In this document: piece by piece, positions 10,027 to 19,338 of the stretch
Position numbering within the stretch: position 1 is the first letter of the stretch
How the letters are laid out: the number at the start of each line of letters is the position of its first letter
Assembly: GCA_964421125.1 (NCBI GenBank)
Contig: CAYQVD010000006.1
Location: forward strand, 1 to 63,005
Reading direction: 5' to 3'
Origin: an uncultured Bdellovibrionales bacterium
GTDB lineage: Bacteria; Patescibacteriota; Minisyncoccia; Moranbacterales; DUUL01
DNA: 63,005 nt
Program-made: the position numbers and the translations under genes
Notes under the pieces: generated by a model
Seen by the model: only the letters and a program-made list of their open reading frames with translations
Databases searched by the model: none
What the model was told of the DNA's origin: nothing

Positions 10027-11256
10027 TTATTGCTTAATTCTTATTTTTCCAGTAATTAAATTATTTAATAAATATTTTTTCTGATCTTTAAGAATTGAAA
10101 GTTTCTTTTTTATCACTTTTATTTCTTCATCAGAAATATTTAAAATATTTACAATAGCTGACTGCTCTTTAATATTTGGAAGATTAATTTTAAAATCCTT
10201 CACCATACCAGCATTCAAATTCGATTGTGCTCCTTGTTGTCCCTGCAATTTTATTTTATCTCTCAGGTGAGTTAAATAAAAATATAAAAACATTCCGTCT
10301 AGTTCTTTTTTATTTGAGATAATGCCAAGAATTGCTTGACTTGATGACATTTCTGTTCCAGCTATACCACAGGCACCAATAGATGCATACATTGCATACA
10401 AAATAGTTCCTTTTGGGTATATTTTCACTGAACAATTTTCTAATCCAGACTGAGTAAGTTTTTTCTCTGTTTTGAATATATATTTTCCATTTTTTGTCAT
10501 ATCAGAAATTGAAACCCATGGCATATCTCCACCGTAATACTCAGGAACGGTAGATTTAGGTGTTCCACCACTGGACATTTTTGCAATATCTCCAAGTATC
10601 CTAACCTTCCATTTATCATTAAACCCCGAAAGTCGAATTTTCCCAGTCAAAAGATTTTGCATCAAACCTTTTTTAATATTTTTCTTGATTTTAATTTTCT
10701 TTGATAATTTTTCAATCATCTGATCCCAAGTTTCCAAAACACCCACGATGCGATTCTGCTCAGAGAGAGATGGGAGATTAAATTTTATCGCTTTTAATTC
10801 ATTTTGCTGAATACCATCCACAGTACTACCTATTCCAAGTCTTTTTATAAAACCTTTTTTATCCTCAAACCAATAAAAAAGAAATTTCTTTTGTAATTCC
10901 TTTTTTGGATATAATGCTTTTAAGTCCTGATTGATTGCGACATCAACATTAAAAAATACAGCATGACCAAGAGCCATTCTTGTAGGAACAATTAAAGTGC
11001 CTTTTAAGACAAGACGACTTGAACTGTTTTTTAAGCCTACTTCGGAGATATGATCTTGTGTATCGTTTGAACTATGTGTAACCACATCTTTAACGCTCGC
11101 CCAAGGAATCGAACCATTCCAAAAATCAAGCCTAAGCTTTGATGGCGTCCCGCCACCCTCAATCTTATTCAAAAAATCTCCAAGCTTTCCATCCTGCCAT
11201 CCATCAGGAATATTTTTTTGTGATTTATTATTTTTCATCTTTTTTGGGAGTAACAA
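10027..11256 (-). CDS. hsdS: Type I R-M specificity subunit with two target recognition domains
   Basis: 409 aa. Duplicated organisation with conserved spacers (LPSLSEQNRIVGVLE and LPNIKEQSAIVNIL) and a C-terminal LLTGKIRL/LITGKIRI repeat. Confidence 0.85.
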   Translation of the reverse strand: MLLPKKMKNNKSQKNIPDGWQDGKLGDFLNKIEGGGTPSKLRLDFWNGSIPWASVKDVVTHSSNDTQDHISEVGLKNSSSRLVLKGTLIVPTRMALGHAVFFNVDVAINQDLKALYPKKELQKKFLFYWFEDKKGFIKRLGIGSTVDGIQQNELKAIKFNLPSLSEQNRIVGVLETWDQMIEKLSKKIKIKKNIKKGLMQNLLTGKIRLSGFNDKWKVRILGDIAKMSSGGTPKSTVPEYYGGDMPWVSISDMTKNGKYIFKTEKKLTQSGLENCSVKIYPKGTILYAMYASIGACGIAGTEMSSSQAILGIISNKKELDGMFLYFYLTHLRDKIKLQGQQGAQSNLNAGMVKDFKINLPNIKEQSAIVNILNISDEEIKVIKKKLSILKDQKKYLLNNLITGKIRIKQ

Positions 11257-12853
11257 TACTAATAAATTGCTCGGGTAAATACTTTAATACAGATTGCCTT
11301 ATTTCTGTTAAAAATTTATTATCTTTTGACAACCTAACAATATAGGATGGCAGTTCTTCCTTTTTTAGTCCAAATAAATCACCTATGCGAGAAGCAATTG
11401 TCTTTCTATTATAAAAATTGAGAAGTTTTGAATAATCCTTTTTCTTTAATATTTCATTAAATTCGGCATCTATTTTAGAATGAATTTCTTTTTCGTTTAT
11501 GTTTAAACTAATAAATTCTGGAAGCGAAATAGTTTTTTTACTCAGATCAAGACTACTTAGTAAAAATTTTATTTCATCATTTTCCCGTTCAGAAATTTGT
11601 TTTTGAATCTCAGCTTCGAGCTCAGAAAATACAAACTTTTCAACCTTATCTTGTTGCGTTTTTGGTTCCAGTGCCAATTGTTTAGAAATAATACTTAAAA
11701 TTTCAGGAGTTGCAAAAATATTTTCAATTTCAGCTACTTTTAAAACATAGACCCCCTTAGTTTCAAGAGATGTAATCTCCTCTACTGTTCTGCGATCCCT
11801 ATCAATTAAACCAAAGACTTCAAAGGAATGGAAACCTTTATTTCTTCGGAATGATTTTGTATACTCTATTACATTCTTACAATTTCCACATGGCTTTACC
11901 AAAAAGTCTTCAAAAATGTTCTGATAGAACTGAACGTCCTCTTTTCCATTTTCTCCTTCAACAAGCAATACCTTTCTTCGACTACCATATACTTCAATAG
12001 ACAGCTCCTCGGGAATATCTGCAATATCTTCTAATTTAGACCAATCCCAGTTTGTGCCATCAAAATTCTTCAGCCAAATTTTTTCAAACCCATTTCTAGA
12101 TACTGCAAATTCTATATCATGAGAAAGATAAATAAAAAGACAATCACTTCTTTCTTTTTCAATTTTATTCCAAAGCGTATATTGAATTGATTTGTGCAAA
12201 TGTAACTCTGGCTCATCCACAATAATAATACCTTTTGTAGATGCGGAAAGGCACTGACCAATCAAATAAAATATTACTCGTTCACCATCACTCATTTCAG
12301 AAGCATGATACGATTGTGCATCCGTACCATCGGTCTTTGTCTTTATTGTACCCCCTTCGAAAATTAACTTTCTGTGAGGCAGTATTTCTTCCCATATTTT
12401 TTTAACTTTATCTAGTTTGGTTTCTATGTTTGGAATTTTTGATTCACTTTTACTTGAATCTTCACGATACTTTCTAGACACCTCGTTTTCTTCTGAAAAA
12501 AGATAAGTGAGCAGTTTTGTATAATCATTTTGAAGAGTTATTGCTGGTTTATTTCCCCATTTATGTCCCATTTTATAATCTCCGAACTGCTCTGATGTTG
12601 CATTTTGATGACCACAGAGCAAATCACTTAACGATTTATCTAGATCCATTGGGCGAATATCGTCAGGAATGCTTAATGTTTTTTGTGCTGATATTCTAAG
12701 AACTAAGTTTTTTTCAGGAGAATTATTGTCAATCCATGCTCCTAATCTAGTTTTTCCAGAACCATTAGCACCAACAAGAACAAGCCCTTGTTCTATTTCT
12801 ACTTTTTGATTTGGTGGTAAGGTTATTTCTCGCATATATTTATTTAATCCCAA
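11228..12853 (-). CDS. ABC/AAA-type ATPase fused to a TOPRIM-like (DUF4435/RloB/OLD-like) C-terminal region
   Basis: Walker A GANGSGKT, signature-like MSDGER, Walker B IIIVDEPELHLH, then LLVEGENGKED ... GLIDRDRR ... EIEN resembling a TOPRIM Glu / DxD arrangement. Overlaps hsdM (14 nt) and hsdS (29 nt), so it is embedded in the operon. Confidence 0.65.
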   Translation of the reverse strand: MGLNKYMREITLPPNQKVEIEQGLVLVGANGSGKTRLGAWIDNNSPEKNLVLRISAQKTLSIPDDIRPMDLDKSLSDLLCGHQNATSEQFGDYKMGHKWGNKPAITLQNDYTKLLTYLFSEENEVSRKYREDSSKSESKIPNIETKLDKVKKIWEEILPHRKLIFEGGTIKTKTDGTDAQSYHASEMSDGERVIFYLIGQCLSASTKGIIIVDEPELHLHKSIQYTLWNKIEKERSDCLFIYLSHDIEFAVSRNGFEKIWLKNFDGTNWDWSKLEDIADIPEELSIEVYGSRRKVLLVEGENGKEDVQFYQNIFEDFLVKPCGNCKNVIEYTKSFRRNKGFHSFEVFGLIDRDRRTVEEITSLETKGVYVLKVAEIENIFATPEILSIISKQLALEPKTQQDKVEKFVFSELEAEIQKQISERENDEIKFLLSSLDLSKKTISLPEFISLNINEKEIHSKIDAEFNEILKKKDYSKLLNFYNRKTIASRIGDLFGLKKEELPSYIVRLSKDNKFLTEIRQSVLKYLPEQFISIVTPKKDEK

Positions 12854-14354
12854 GATCTTTTAAATAATTATCCATCTGCTTTTCCAATTTCTCAATCTCC
12901 GGCTCAAGCTCAGCCAACTCTTTTAAATTAGCCTTAATATCAATTGGAGCTTCTTCTATAAATGTATCCACGTAACGAGTAATATTTAGATTGAAATCAT
13001 TTTCTTCAATTTCTTTGAAATTCACTTTACGAGAAAATTTTTCAATTTCTTTGCGCTTAGCATAGGTATTATAAATTTTTTCAATATTCTCTTCAGTAAG
13101 AGTATTCTGGGCTTTGCCAGATTTGAATTCCTTTGAAGCTTCAATGAAAAGCACGTCTTTCTTTTTTTCATTGACTCCACCTTTCTCTCGTGAACGATCA
13201 ATAATAAGAATCGCCACTGGGATGCCAGTTGTCTGAAAAAGTCCCGCGGGAAGTCCAATTACAGCATCAATAATATTCTCTTTTAGTAATTGTTTACGGA
13301 TTTTTCCTTCTGCTCCACCTCGAAACAAAACACCATGGGGTGCAATTGCCGCCACACGTCCAGTCTTGGGTTTAGCAGTTTCAATCATATGAGTAATAAA
13401 AGCGAAATCTCCCTTGTCTTTCGGTGGCACCCCACGCCAAAATCTTTTATACTTATCCGCCTCAGCATTTTCTGCACCCCACCTCTTCAAACTGAAAGGC
13501 ATATTGCAAACCTGCGTGTCAAATTTCATCAATTGATCATTTTCCACCAAAAGTGGATTATTTAAGGTGTCGCCCCACTCAAGACGAGCTGAATCTCTTT
13601 CATTTAGATACATATTCATTCGAGCCAGTTGGAACGTAGAACCTGTTGACTCTTGACCATAAAGCGCATAATTCTTTGATCCATTTTTTTCTACTTCTTC
13701 ACCCGCCAATAAGAGAAGTCCTCCACTACCACATGCTGGATCAGAAATTCTATCTCCGTCTTTTGGCTGAGCCAGCTTCGCTAAAAGCTTAGCTACATTT
13801 CGTACTGTGAAAAACTCACCAGCTTTCTTTCCTGCATCTGCTCCAAAGCGTTCAATCATATACATATAGGAATTTCCGATAATATCATCGCCAGCTTCTG
13901 AAAGATCTATTTTGTAAAAATCGTGAATCAAATTGCGAAGCATTTTATTCCTTTGTTCAAGCTTTCCAAGGATTGATTCAGAATTGAAATCAACACTGAA
14001 AACTCCTTCCAGTTTTTCCTTGTTTGAATCTTCAATTTTGTGCAAAGCCTTGTTTATTTCCTCGCCAATATTGTCCTGCTCCATTATTTTGTAGATATAA
14101 TCAAAAGAAGCCTTTGGTGGCAAGTAAAAACGATCTAATTTCATTTTTTCTTCAATTCGTTTTTTGTCATCGCCAAATCTTTTTTCATAAACCTCAAGTT
14201 TTTTCTTTGAAACATCACTCAGATACTTAAAGAAGAGCATTACCAAGGCATAGTCCTTATAAATCCCACCATCAACACTACTCCTTGATGAATCAGCCGC
14301 TGACCAGAGTGTTTTGTTAAGTTCTTCTTGAGTGTATTTTTTTATTGCATTCAT
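12840..14354 (-). CDS. hsdM: Type I R-M N6-adenine DNA methyltransferase subunit
   Basis: 504 aa. AdoMet motif DPACGSGGLL, catalytic NMPFS (NPPF-type), and an N-terminal HsdM_N-like region. Confidence 0.9.
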   Translation of the reverse strand: MNAIKKYTQEELNKTLWSAADSSRSSVDGGIYKDYALVMLFFKYLSDVSKKKLEVYEKRFGDDKKRIEEKMKLDRFYLPPKASFDYIYKIMEQDNIGEEINKALHKIEDSNKEKLEGVFSVDFNSESILGKLEQRNKMLRNLIHDFYKIDLSEAGDDIIGNSYMYMIERFGADAGKKAGEFFTVRNVAKLLAKLAQPKDGDRISDPACGSGGLLLLAGEEVEKNGSKNYALYGQESTGSTFQLARMNMYLNERDSARLEWGDTLNNPLLVENDQLMKFDTQVCNMPFSLKRWGAENAEADKYKRFWRGVPPKDKGDFAFITHMIETAKPKTGRVAAIAPHGVLFRGGAEGKIRKQLLKENIIDAVIGLPAGLFQTTGIPVAILIIDRSREKGGVNEKKKDVLFIEASKEFKSGKAQNTLTEENIEKIYNTYAKRKEIEKFSRKVNFKEIEENDFNLNITRYVDTFIEEAPIDIKANLKELAELEPEIEKLEKQMDNYLKDLGIK

Positions 14355-14363
14355 AGTTTTATT

Positions 14364-14936
14364 TTACTTTAATAATTTATTTATAGCTACTTCGTTTATA
14401 TCACTTATTAAGTTTATTTTATTAGTTAGCTTTTTTTGTAACTTCTTGTTAGTATCATATATTTTAATTATTTTTTCTTGCACTTCCAGGTCTGGCAAAG
14501 TAATCTTTATATTTTCTAGATCGTTTTTTCGAATTGATTTTATAGTCACTCCAGTCGAACTTTCAACAAGTTGTTTTTGTCCTTCAGTTGAATTCAGATA
14601 AATCGCCAGATATTCTGGTTTGATGTTTTTATTTTTCAATCGAATAATGTAAACAGAAGAAGAAGCAATTATATTTTTATTTTCTAATTTAACTAGTCCG
14701 GCGCGGAAACTTCCGCGAGAAGAAACAACGACATCATTTTTTTTCACAATTGCTTTTGAGCGATAATTTTCAAAATCTATTCCATCCAAATTATATTCGC
14801 CTACCACTCCATCATCGAAAATATTCTTTGCTTGAAGCACAAATAACAAGGCATCCTTTTTGCCTTGTAGGGCAGTTCTGAAAGAATAACCCGCAATAAC
14901 TTCTGCAATGACTTTTAAGTCTTTTTTAGTTTCCAT
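14364..14936 (-). CDS. Half-size HsdS-like specificity protein (single TRD plus conserved helix)
   Basis: 190 aa. LPDLEVQEKIIKIYD conserved-region motif and a TRD-like N-terminal part. First gene of the R-M operon. Confidence 0.6.
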   Translation of the reverse strand: METKKDLKVIAEVIAGYSFRTALQGKKDALLFVLQAKNIFDDGVVGEYNLDGIDFENYRSKAIVKKNDVVVSSRGSFRAGLVKLENKNIIASSSVYIIRLKNKNIKPEYLAIYLNSTEGQKQLVESSTGVTIKSIRKNDLENIKITLPDLEVQEKIIKIYDTNKKLQKKLTNKINLISDINEVAINKLLK

Positions 14937-14942
14937 AAAGAC

Positions 14943-14971
14943 AGTCTATCGCAGAAGCTAATTCTTGTCAA
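14943..14971 (-). promoter_or_regulatory. Candidate sigma-70 promoter for the R-M operon (near-leaderless)
   Basis: The minus strand reads TTGACA-17 nt-TAGACT, with the ATG of 14364..14936 a few nt downstream. Confidence 0.35.
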
Positions 14972-15079
14972 GTTTTTTATTACAGACAGACTCCTACTGC
15001 ATTTTAGCTGTTTGATATTGTTCTTCTTATTTCAATGTATAAGCAAAATTATCCTTTATTTTAGCTTATTAACAAAGAC

Positions 15080-16522
15080 CTAATGATTTGTTATTAAAAC
15101 TCCTGCCGTAGAAAAGCGATTTTTCTCGATGGTTTGCATAACTAACATTGAAAAAGCATCTACCAAGTCATCATGTTTTTCCTTGCCAAACCCGACCAGT
15201 TGATTAGTCAAAGCATCAGCTCCTTGTCTAGGGAAAATAATTCTTCCTGTTTGGATAAGATTTGTTGTCAAAGCTAATCGCGACCTTTTGTCTTGTCCAT
15301 GAGGTTTAACGCCTTCTGCTTTAATGCCTACTGTTTTTAGCTGTTGGACTACAACTCCTTGATAGCCAACTTCTTCCACATAGACACGAGAGGATAATCC
15401 AGATGCTAAGAATGTCTTATGAATTGATTGTATGTTTTCTATGGTTTTTGAAAAATCAATTCTTTTATTCAATGGATTTGGAAGAATATAAATCTTAAAA
15501 TCGCTACCAGAGCCAAAAATATAAGCTGAGACCATAGCCGTATAGTCAGCCGTATCTTTTAGTGATATAGCTAGATCAACGGCTGTGACTACATACCTTG
15601 GAAGTTCTTTAGGCAAGCTATCATAGTAGTGAAGCTGTTCGGAGAAAATCAACTGATCATCTTCCGGAACAATATTTAGTAGATATTCTCGTTGCCAAGC
15701 ATTTTCATATGGAACTGTACGTTTAAATTTATCAATATCCTCCAAGTTTTTAAATTTACCTGGCCATAGAATTATGCCATTATCCACTAATGGATATTTT
15801 CGAAATATCCCGTCTAGTTTTTTGTTTTCAATACTTTCTTTTAACCGCATAAGCAAAGAGTCTTCATGAAGTAGATTACCCACAACGATAATTTTTGTAT
15901 CGTTATCACCAACAGGGATAACTTCACTAGTAAACCAATCATAGGTCTTATTTCTTCCTTCTCTCGTTTTTACTGAATTTAGATCTTCTACATCGTCACA
16001 AATAATTAAATCAGGACGATGCGAACCATGACGTATTCCTCTAATACTTTGTTCGCTGGAAGCAACAGTAATTCTGGCATCAAATTTTGGAATAACAATT
16101 GAAGTCGAACCCCACTCACCACTTTTTTCTTCGAAGGGACCCATCTCTTGTTTGAGAAGATGATTTCCTTCTAATTCTTTACGAATATTAGAAAGATGTA
16201 ATTTTGCTTGAGGTTGAGTTTGGCTCAAAATTAAAACAAATTTCCTTTGTTGTTTTCCAAGTATTGCCCAAAGAGGGTACGACAAAGTCACAATTGTTGA
16301 CTTTGCCGAACCTCTGAAGGCCACTATCACTGCCATCTTGTTGTTAGTATCTTCTGTAATACCAAACATTTCTTTTTGAAAGTTGGCAGTCTCATATTTT
16401 ACATAGTCAGCAAGATATACAGAAGAAAACCAAAGATGACTTTTTCTCGTAACTTCCGTGCGAACATTCCTATCGTTAATTATTTTTTGAAGTAATTGAT
16501 CTTGTCTATTGAGTTTTATCAT
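15080..16522 (-). CDS. Phage terminase large subunit-like protein
   Basis: 480 aa. Walker A-like AFRGSAKST, Walker B LIICDDVED, and a C-terminal RNaseH-like nuclease region (VTAVDLAIS...DYTA, HDDLVDAF). Confidence 0.7.
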   Translation of the reverse strand: MIKLNRQDQLLQKIINDRNVRTEVTRKSHLWFSSVYLADYVKYETANFQKEMFGITEDTNNKMAVIVAFRGSAKSTIVTLSYPLWAILGKQQRKFVLILSQTQPQAKLHLSNIRKELEGNHLLKQEMGPFEEKSGEWGSTSIVIPKFDARITVASSEQSIRGIRHGSHRPDLIICDDVEDLNSVKTREGRNKTYDWFTSEVIPVGDNDTKIIVVGNLLHEDSLLMRLKESIENKKLDGIFRKYPLVDNGIILWPGKFKNLEDIDKFKRTVPYENAWQREYLLNIVPEDDQLIFSEQLHYYDSLPKELPRYVVTAVDLAISLKDTADYTAMVSAYIFGSGSDFKIYILPNPLNKRIDFSKTIENIQSIHKTFLASGLSSRVYVEEVGYQGVVVQQLKTVGIKAEGVKPHGQDKRSRLALTTNLIQTGRIIFPRQGADALTNQLVGFGKEKHDDLVDAFSMLVMQTIEKNRFSTAGVLITNH

Positions 16523-16931
16523 TTTCTTTTGTTTGAGAAGAAGCTAACCGTAAAGCTTCCTTTACGATTTTCTTCTGTTCTTTAGTTAGGTTCTGATTAT
16601 CACTCATTCCTCTGTCTAAAACTTCAACTTTGTTAGCATATGATTTGTGACGATTCTGAAGCCAAAAACGAATGGCGGAAAAATTCTGATTCTTGATCGC
16701 TGTTATAAGTTGCGATTCAGAGAGATCATTTACAATTTCAACTCCTTCGCTAATTGCTTCATCTGCCTCTTTGGCAAATTTCTTGCTTTTATTTCTCCAG
16801 CGATAATATGTAGCGCGACTAATGCCTGCTTTTTGACAAGCTACTTGAACAATAGGAAGTCTTTGAAGTTGCTCCAAAACATCTTTCTTTTTTTCGGCAA
16901 TTCTTTTGACGATTATATTTTTACTAGTCAT
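16506..16931 (-). CDS. HTH DNA-binding protein, terminase small subunit-like
   Basis: 141 aa with CQKAGISRATYYRWRNKS HTH. Overlaps the TerL start by 17 nt. Confidence 0.45.
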   Translation of the reverse strand: MTSKNIIVKRIAEKKKDVLEQLQRLPIVQVACQKAGISRATYYRWRNKSKKFAKEADEAISEGVEIVNDLSESQLITAIKNQNFSAIRFWLQNRHKSYANKVEVLDRGMSDNQNLTKEQKKIVKEALRLASSQTKENDKTQ

Positions 16932-17703
16932 TTTTTTGTTTCTTACTGATTGCTTCAGTTACTTTGATTTTTGTTATTTTTTCAAAACGATCAATAATTG
17001 TCTGACAATATTCGGGATCGAGTTCAATCATAATGCATTTTCTTTTTGTTTGTTCGCAGGCTATCCCAGTGCTTCCTGATCCCGCACAGGGATCATAAAC
17101 AACATCTCCAATTGAAGTGCTGTTGAGAATGAGTCTTCGCATTAAACTCAAAGGTTTTTGAGTTGGGTGTAGCGGACTTCTATTTGGTTTTGGACAAAAT
17201 ATAACAGATTTGTCTTTAGCCTTTTTAAACTCGTGAGTTCCATACCAGCCGAATGCAATTAATTCGTGCATTGGCAGATAATCTTTTCTTCCAATCACTG
17301 GGTGGTTTTTGACCCAAATTAGAAGTTGCGAGAAACGAATGCCTGCCAGCTTCATTCCTTCACGAAGTGCAAATAATTGTTTGTCGCAGTTAAATATATA
17401 GAAGGAATTTTTTCTGGAAAGATTTGGAATTATCGGCAAAATTAAATCTCTTATAAACTTGGCATATTTTTCTTCTGAAACAAAACCGTCATTGGCTATG
17501 TCTTTGTCAACTTTGACCTTAGCAAAACCTTTTTTGCTAGCAGTGTAATCAACGCCATAAGGGACATCCGAAATTAAAGCGGAGACCTCACTTTTTCCAA
17601 CTGCCTTTTTGACAATCTTTGAGTCTAGCGCGTCCCCACATACTAAAACGTGATCACCTAAAACAAACTTATCTCCGTATTGAATTGAATTTTTCTTAAT
17701 CAT
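16924..17703 (-). CDS. DNA N6/N4 methyltransferase (beta class)
   Basis: DPPY-like ISDVPYG motif precedes the AdoMet motif VYDPCAGSGSTGIAC. Confidence 0.75.
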   Translation of the reverse strand: MIKKNSIQYGDKFVLGDHVLVCGDALDSKIVKKAVGKSEVSALISDVPYGVDYTASKKGFAKVKVDKDIANDGFVSEEKYAKFIRDLILPIIPNLSRKNSFYIFNCDKQLFALREGMKLAGIRFSQLLIWVKNHPVIGRKDYLPMHELIAFGWYGTHEFKKAKDKSVIFCPKPNRSPLHPTQKPLSLMRRLILNSTSIGDVVYDPCAGSGSTGIACEQTKRKCIMIELDPEYCQTIIDRFEKITKIKVTEAISKKQKND

Positions 17704-18988
17704 TGTCTTTTGTGTTACTAATTAATCGTGCTTTATTCTTTGTAAGTTCCTCGTATCTATTGATGATGACCTCGCAAAACACCGGATCAATTTCAGCTAA
17801 ATAACAAACTCGCTTCATTTGATCGCAAGCGATCATCGTTGAACCACTTCCACCGAACAAGTCTAAAACAACATCGCCAGGCTTGGTGCATCGGCGAAGG
17901 GGTTTTTCATGAAGTGTCGGTGGCTTCTGAGTTGGATGCTGATATTCGCTTGAAGATAATCTTTTTACTAGCCAAATATCGAATAGATCCATTATGTCAT
18001 CAGGGAGTCTGTTTCCAGTGCTCGTTTCTTTGTTGAGGATTTCATTCAGATTGGTTACTCGGGGAGAAAGGTATGGTTTTCCGTGAGTAGCATAAACACA
18101 AGGCTCATAGGCTTTATTAAAGGCTGTTTGCGGAGTAACGTTTTGATTGTTTTTGATCCACATACAAACTCGCTTAGAATCTAACTCAAGCTCTTTGTAG
18201 ATATCTTGAATAAGACCAATATTTCTTTGATCACACCAATAAAAGACATGACAATCTTTTTTGGAAACATTCAATGCATTCTCCATCGTTGATTTGAGAA
18301 ATTTTCGATATTCTTCATCAGGCATCTTGTCTTTTATTTTTCCTCCATACTTTCCCTTAGTGCCAACGCCTTTATTGTAATCTAGGGAAATGTTATAAAT
18401 TGGGTCACAATAAATCATTGATATCCTATTTTTCCCAACGAGTTCTGTGACGACTTTGGAGTCAGTAGAATCTCCACAAATAAGTTTGTGTTTTCCAAGT
18501 TGGTAAACATCACCGAGCTTTACCTTCGGATTTTTTATTTTTGAAAGCTCTTTTTCAAGATCAAAGTTATCATCTTCAGTTTCCAGGCTATCATCCCAAA
18601 TATCAGATAAGTCCTCTTCATCGAATCCCACATTCAAAAGAAGCTCCAAATCAAATTCTTTGAGGAGATCCATATCCCATTCGCCAGTATTTTTGTTAAG
18701 ACGAAGATTGAGTTCTTTTTCTTTTTTAATATCGGGAATGTGCACGAAAACCACTGGGACTTTTTTGTATCCCAGCTCTTTAGCGACTTTTAATCTGAAG
18801 TGACCGCCAATCAGAATATTTTTTCTTTTTGAAGCAGAATTTACGATAAGCGGATCAACTAACCCGAACCGCTTAACGCTTTCTTTTAGTTTTTCTTTTT
18901 TAGTGTCATCCCATTTTCGGGGATTATACGTAGCCACCTTTAAATAAGTCACGTTTATAAAGGTGATTTTAAGTTCTTCTTTTCTCAT
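17696..18988 (-). CDS. ParB-like nuclease domain fused to a DNA methyltransferase
   Basis: N-terminal ParB-N-like region (NPRKW...LVDPLIVN...IGGHFRLKVAKELG). MTase motifs YCDPIYN and VLDLFGGSGSTMIAC. Confidence 0.75.
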   Translation of the reverse strand: MRKEELKITFINVTYLKVATYNPRKWDDTKKEKLKESVKRFGLVDPLIVNSASKRKNILIGGHFRLKVAKELGYKKVPVVFVHIPDIKKEKELNLRLNKNTGEWDMDLLKEFDLELLLNVGFDEEDLSDIWDDSLETEDDNFDLEKELSKIKNPKVKLGDVYQLGKHKLICGDSTDSKVVTELVGKNRISMIYCDPIYNISLDYNKGVGTKGKYGGKIKDKMPDEEYRKFLKSTMENALNVSKKDCHVFYWCDQRNIGLIQDIYKELELDSKRVCMWIKNNQNVTPQTAFNKAYEPCVYATHGKPYLSPRVTNLNEILNKETSTGNRLPDDIMDLFDIWLVKRLSSSEYQHPTQKPPTLHEKPLRRCTKPGDVVLDLFGGSGSTMIACDQMKRVCYLAEIDPVFCEVIINRYEELTKNKARLISNTKDND

Positions 18989-19338
18989 TATTTTTAGTTG
19001 AGAAAAGATCTAAGACACTTTAGTTGAAGAGGTTTATCTTTTTAGGTAAATAAAAAGACCCTTTCATTGTAACCTTTAGCCCTAAGTCCTTTCTCAAGAA
19101 TTAATTTCTTAAGGCTCTTTACTACTTCCTCGTTGACTCGTAACTACTTACTAAGGTTATTTTAATTTTGGATCTGATATGATATTTTATTCTATTTTTT
19201 GATATTCTATTCTTTTATTTTATAACGATTCTGAAAATTGTCAAGGCAACGATGGATTTTGGCAATTTTTAGGGCATAAAAGTTATCAACAGCTTGGGTC
19301 TGGACTAGTTTCGGGTATTGCGTCATTCATTGGTTAGT

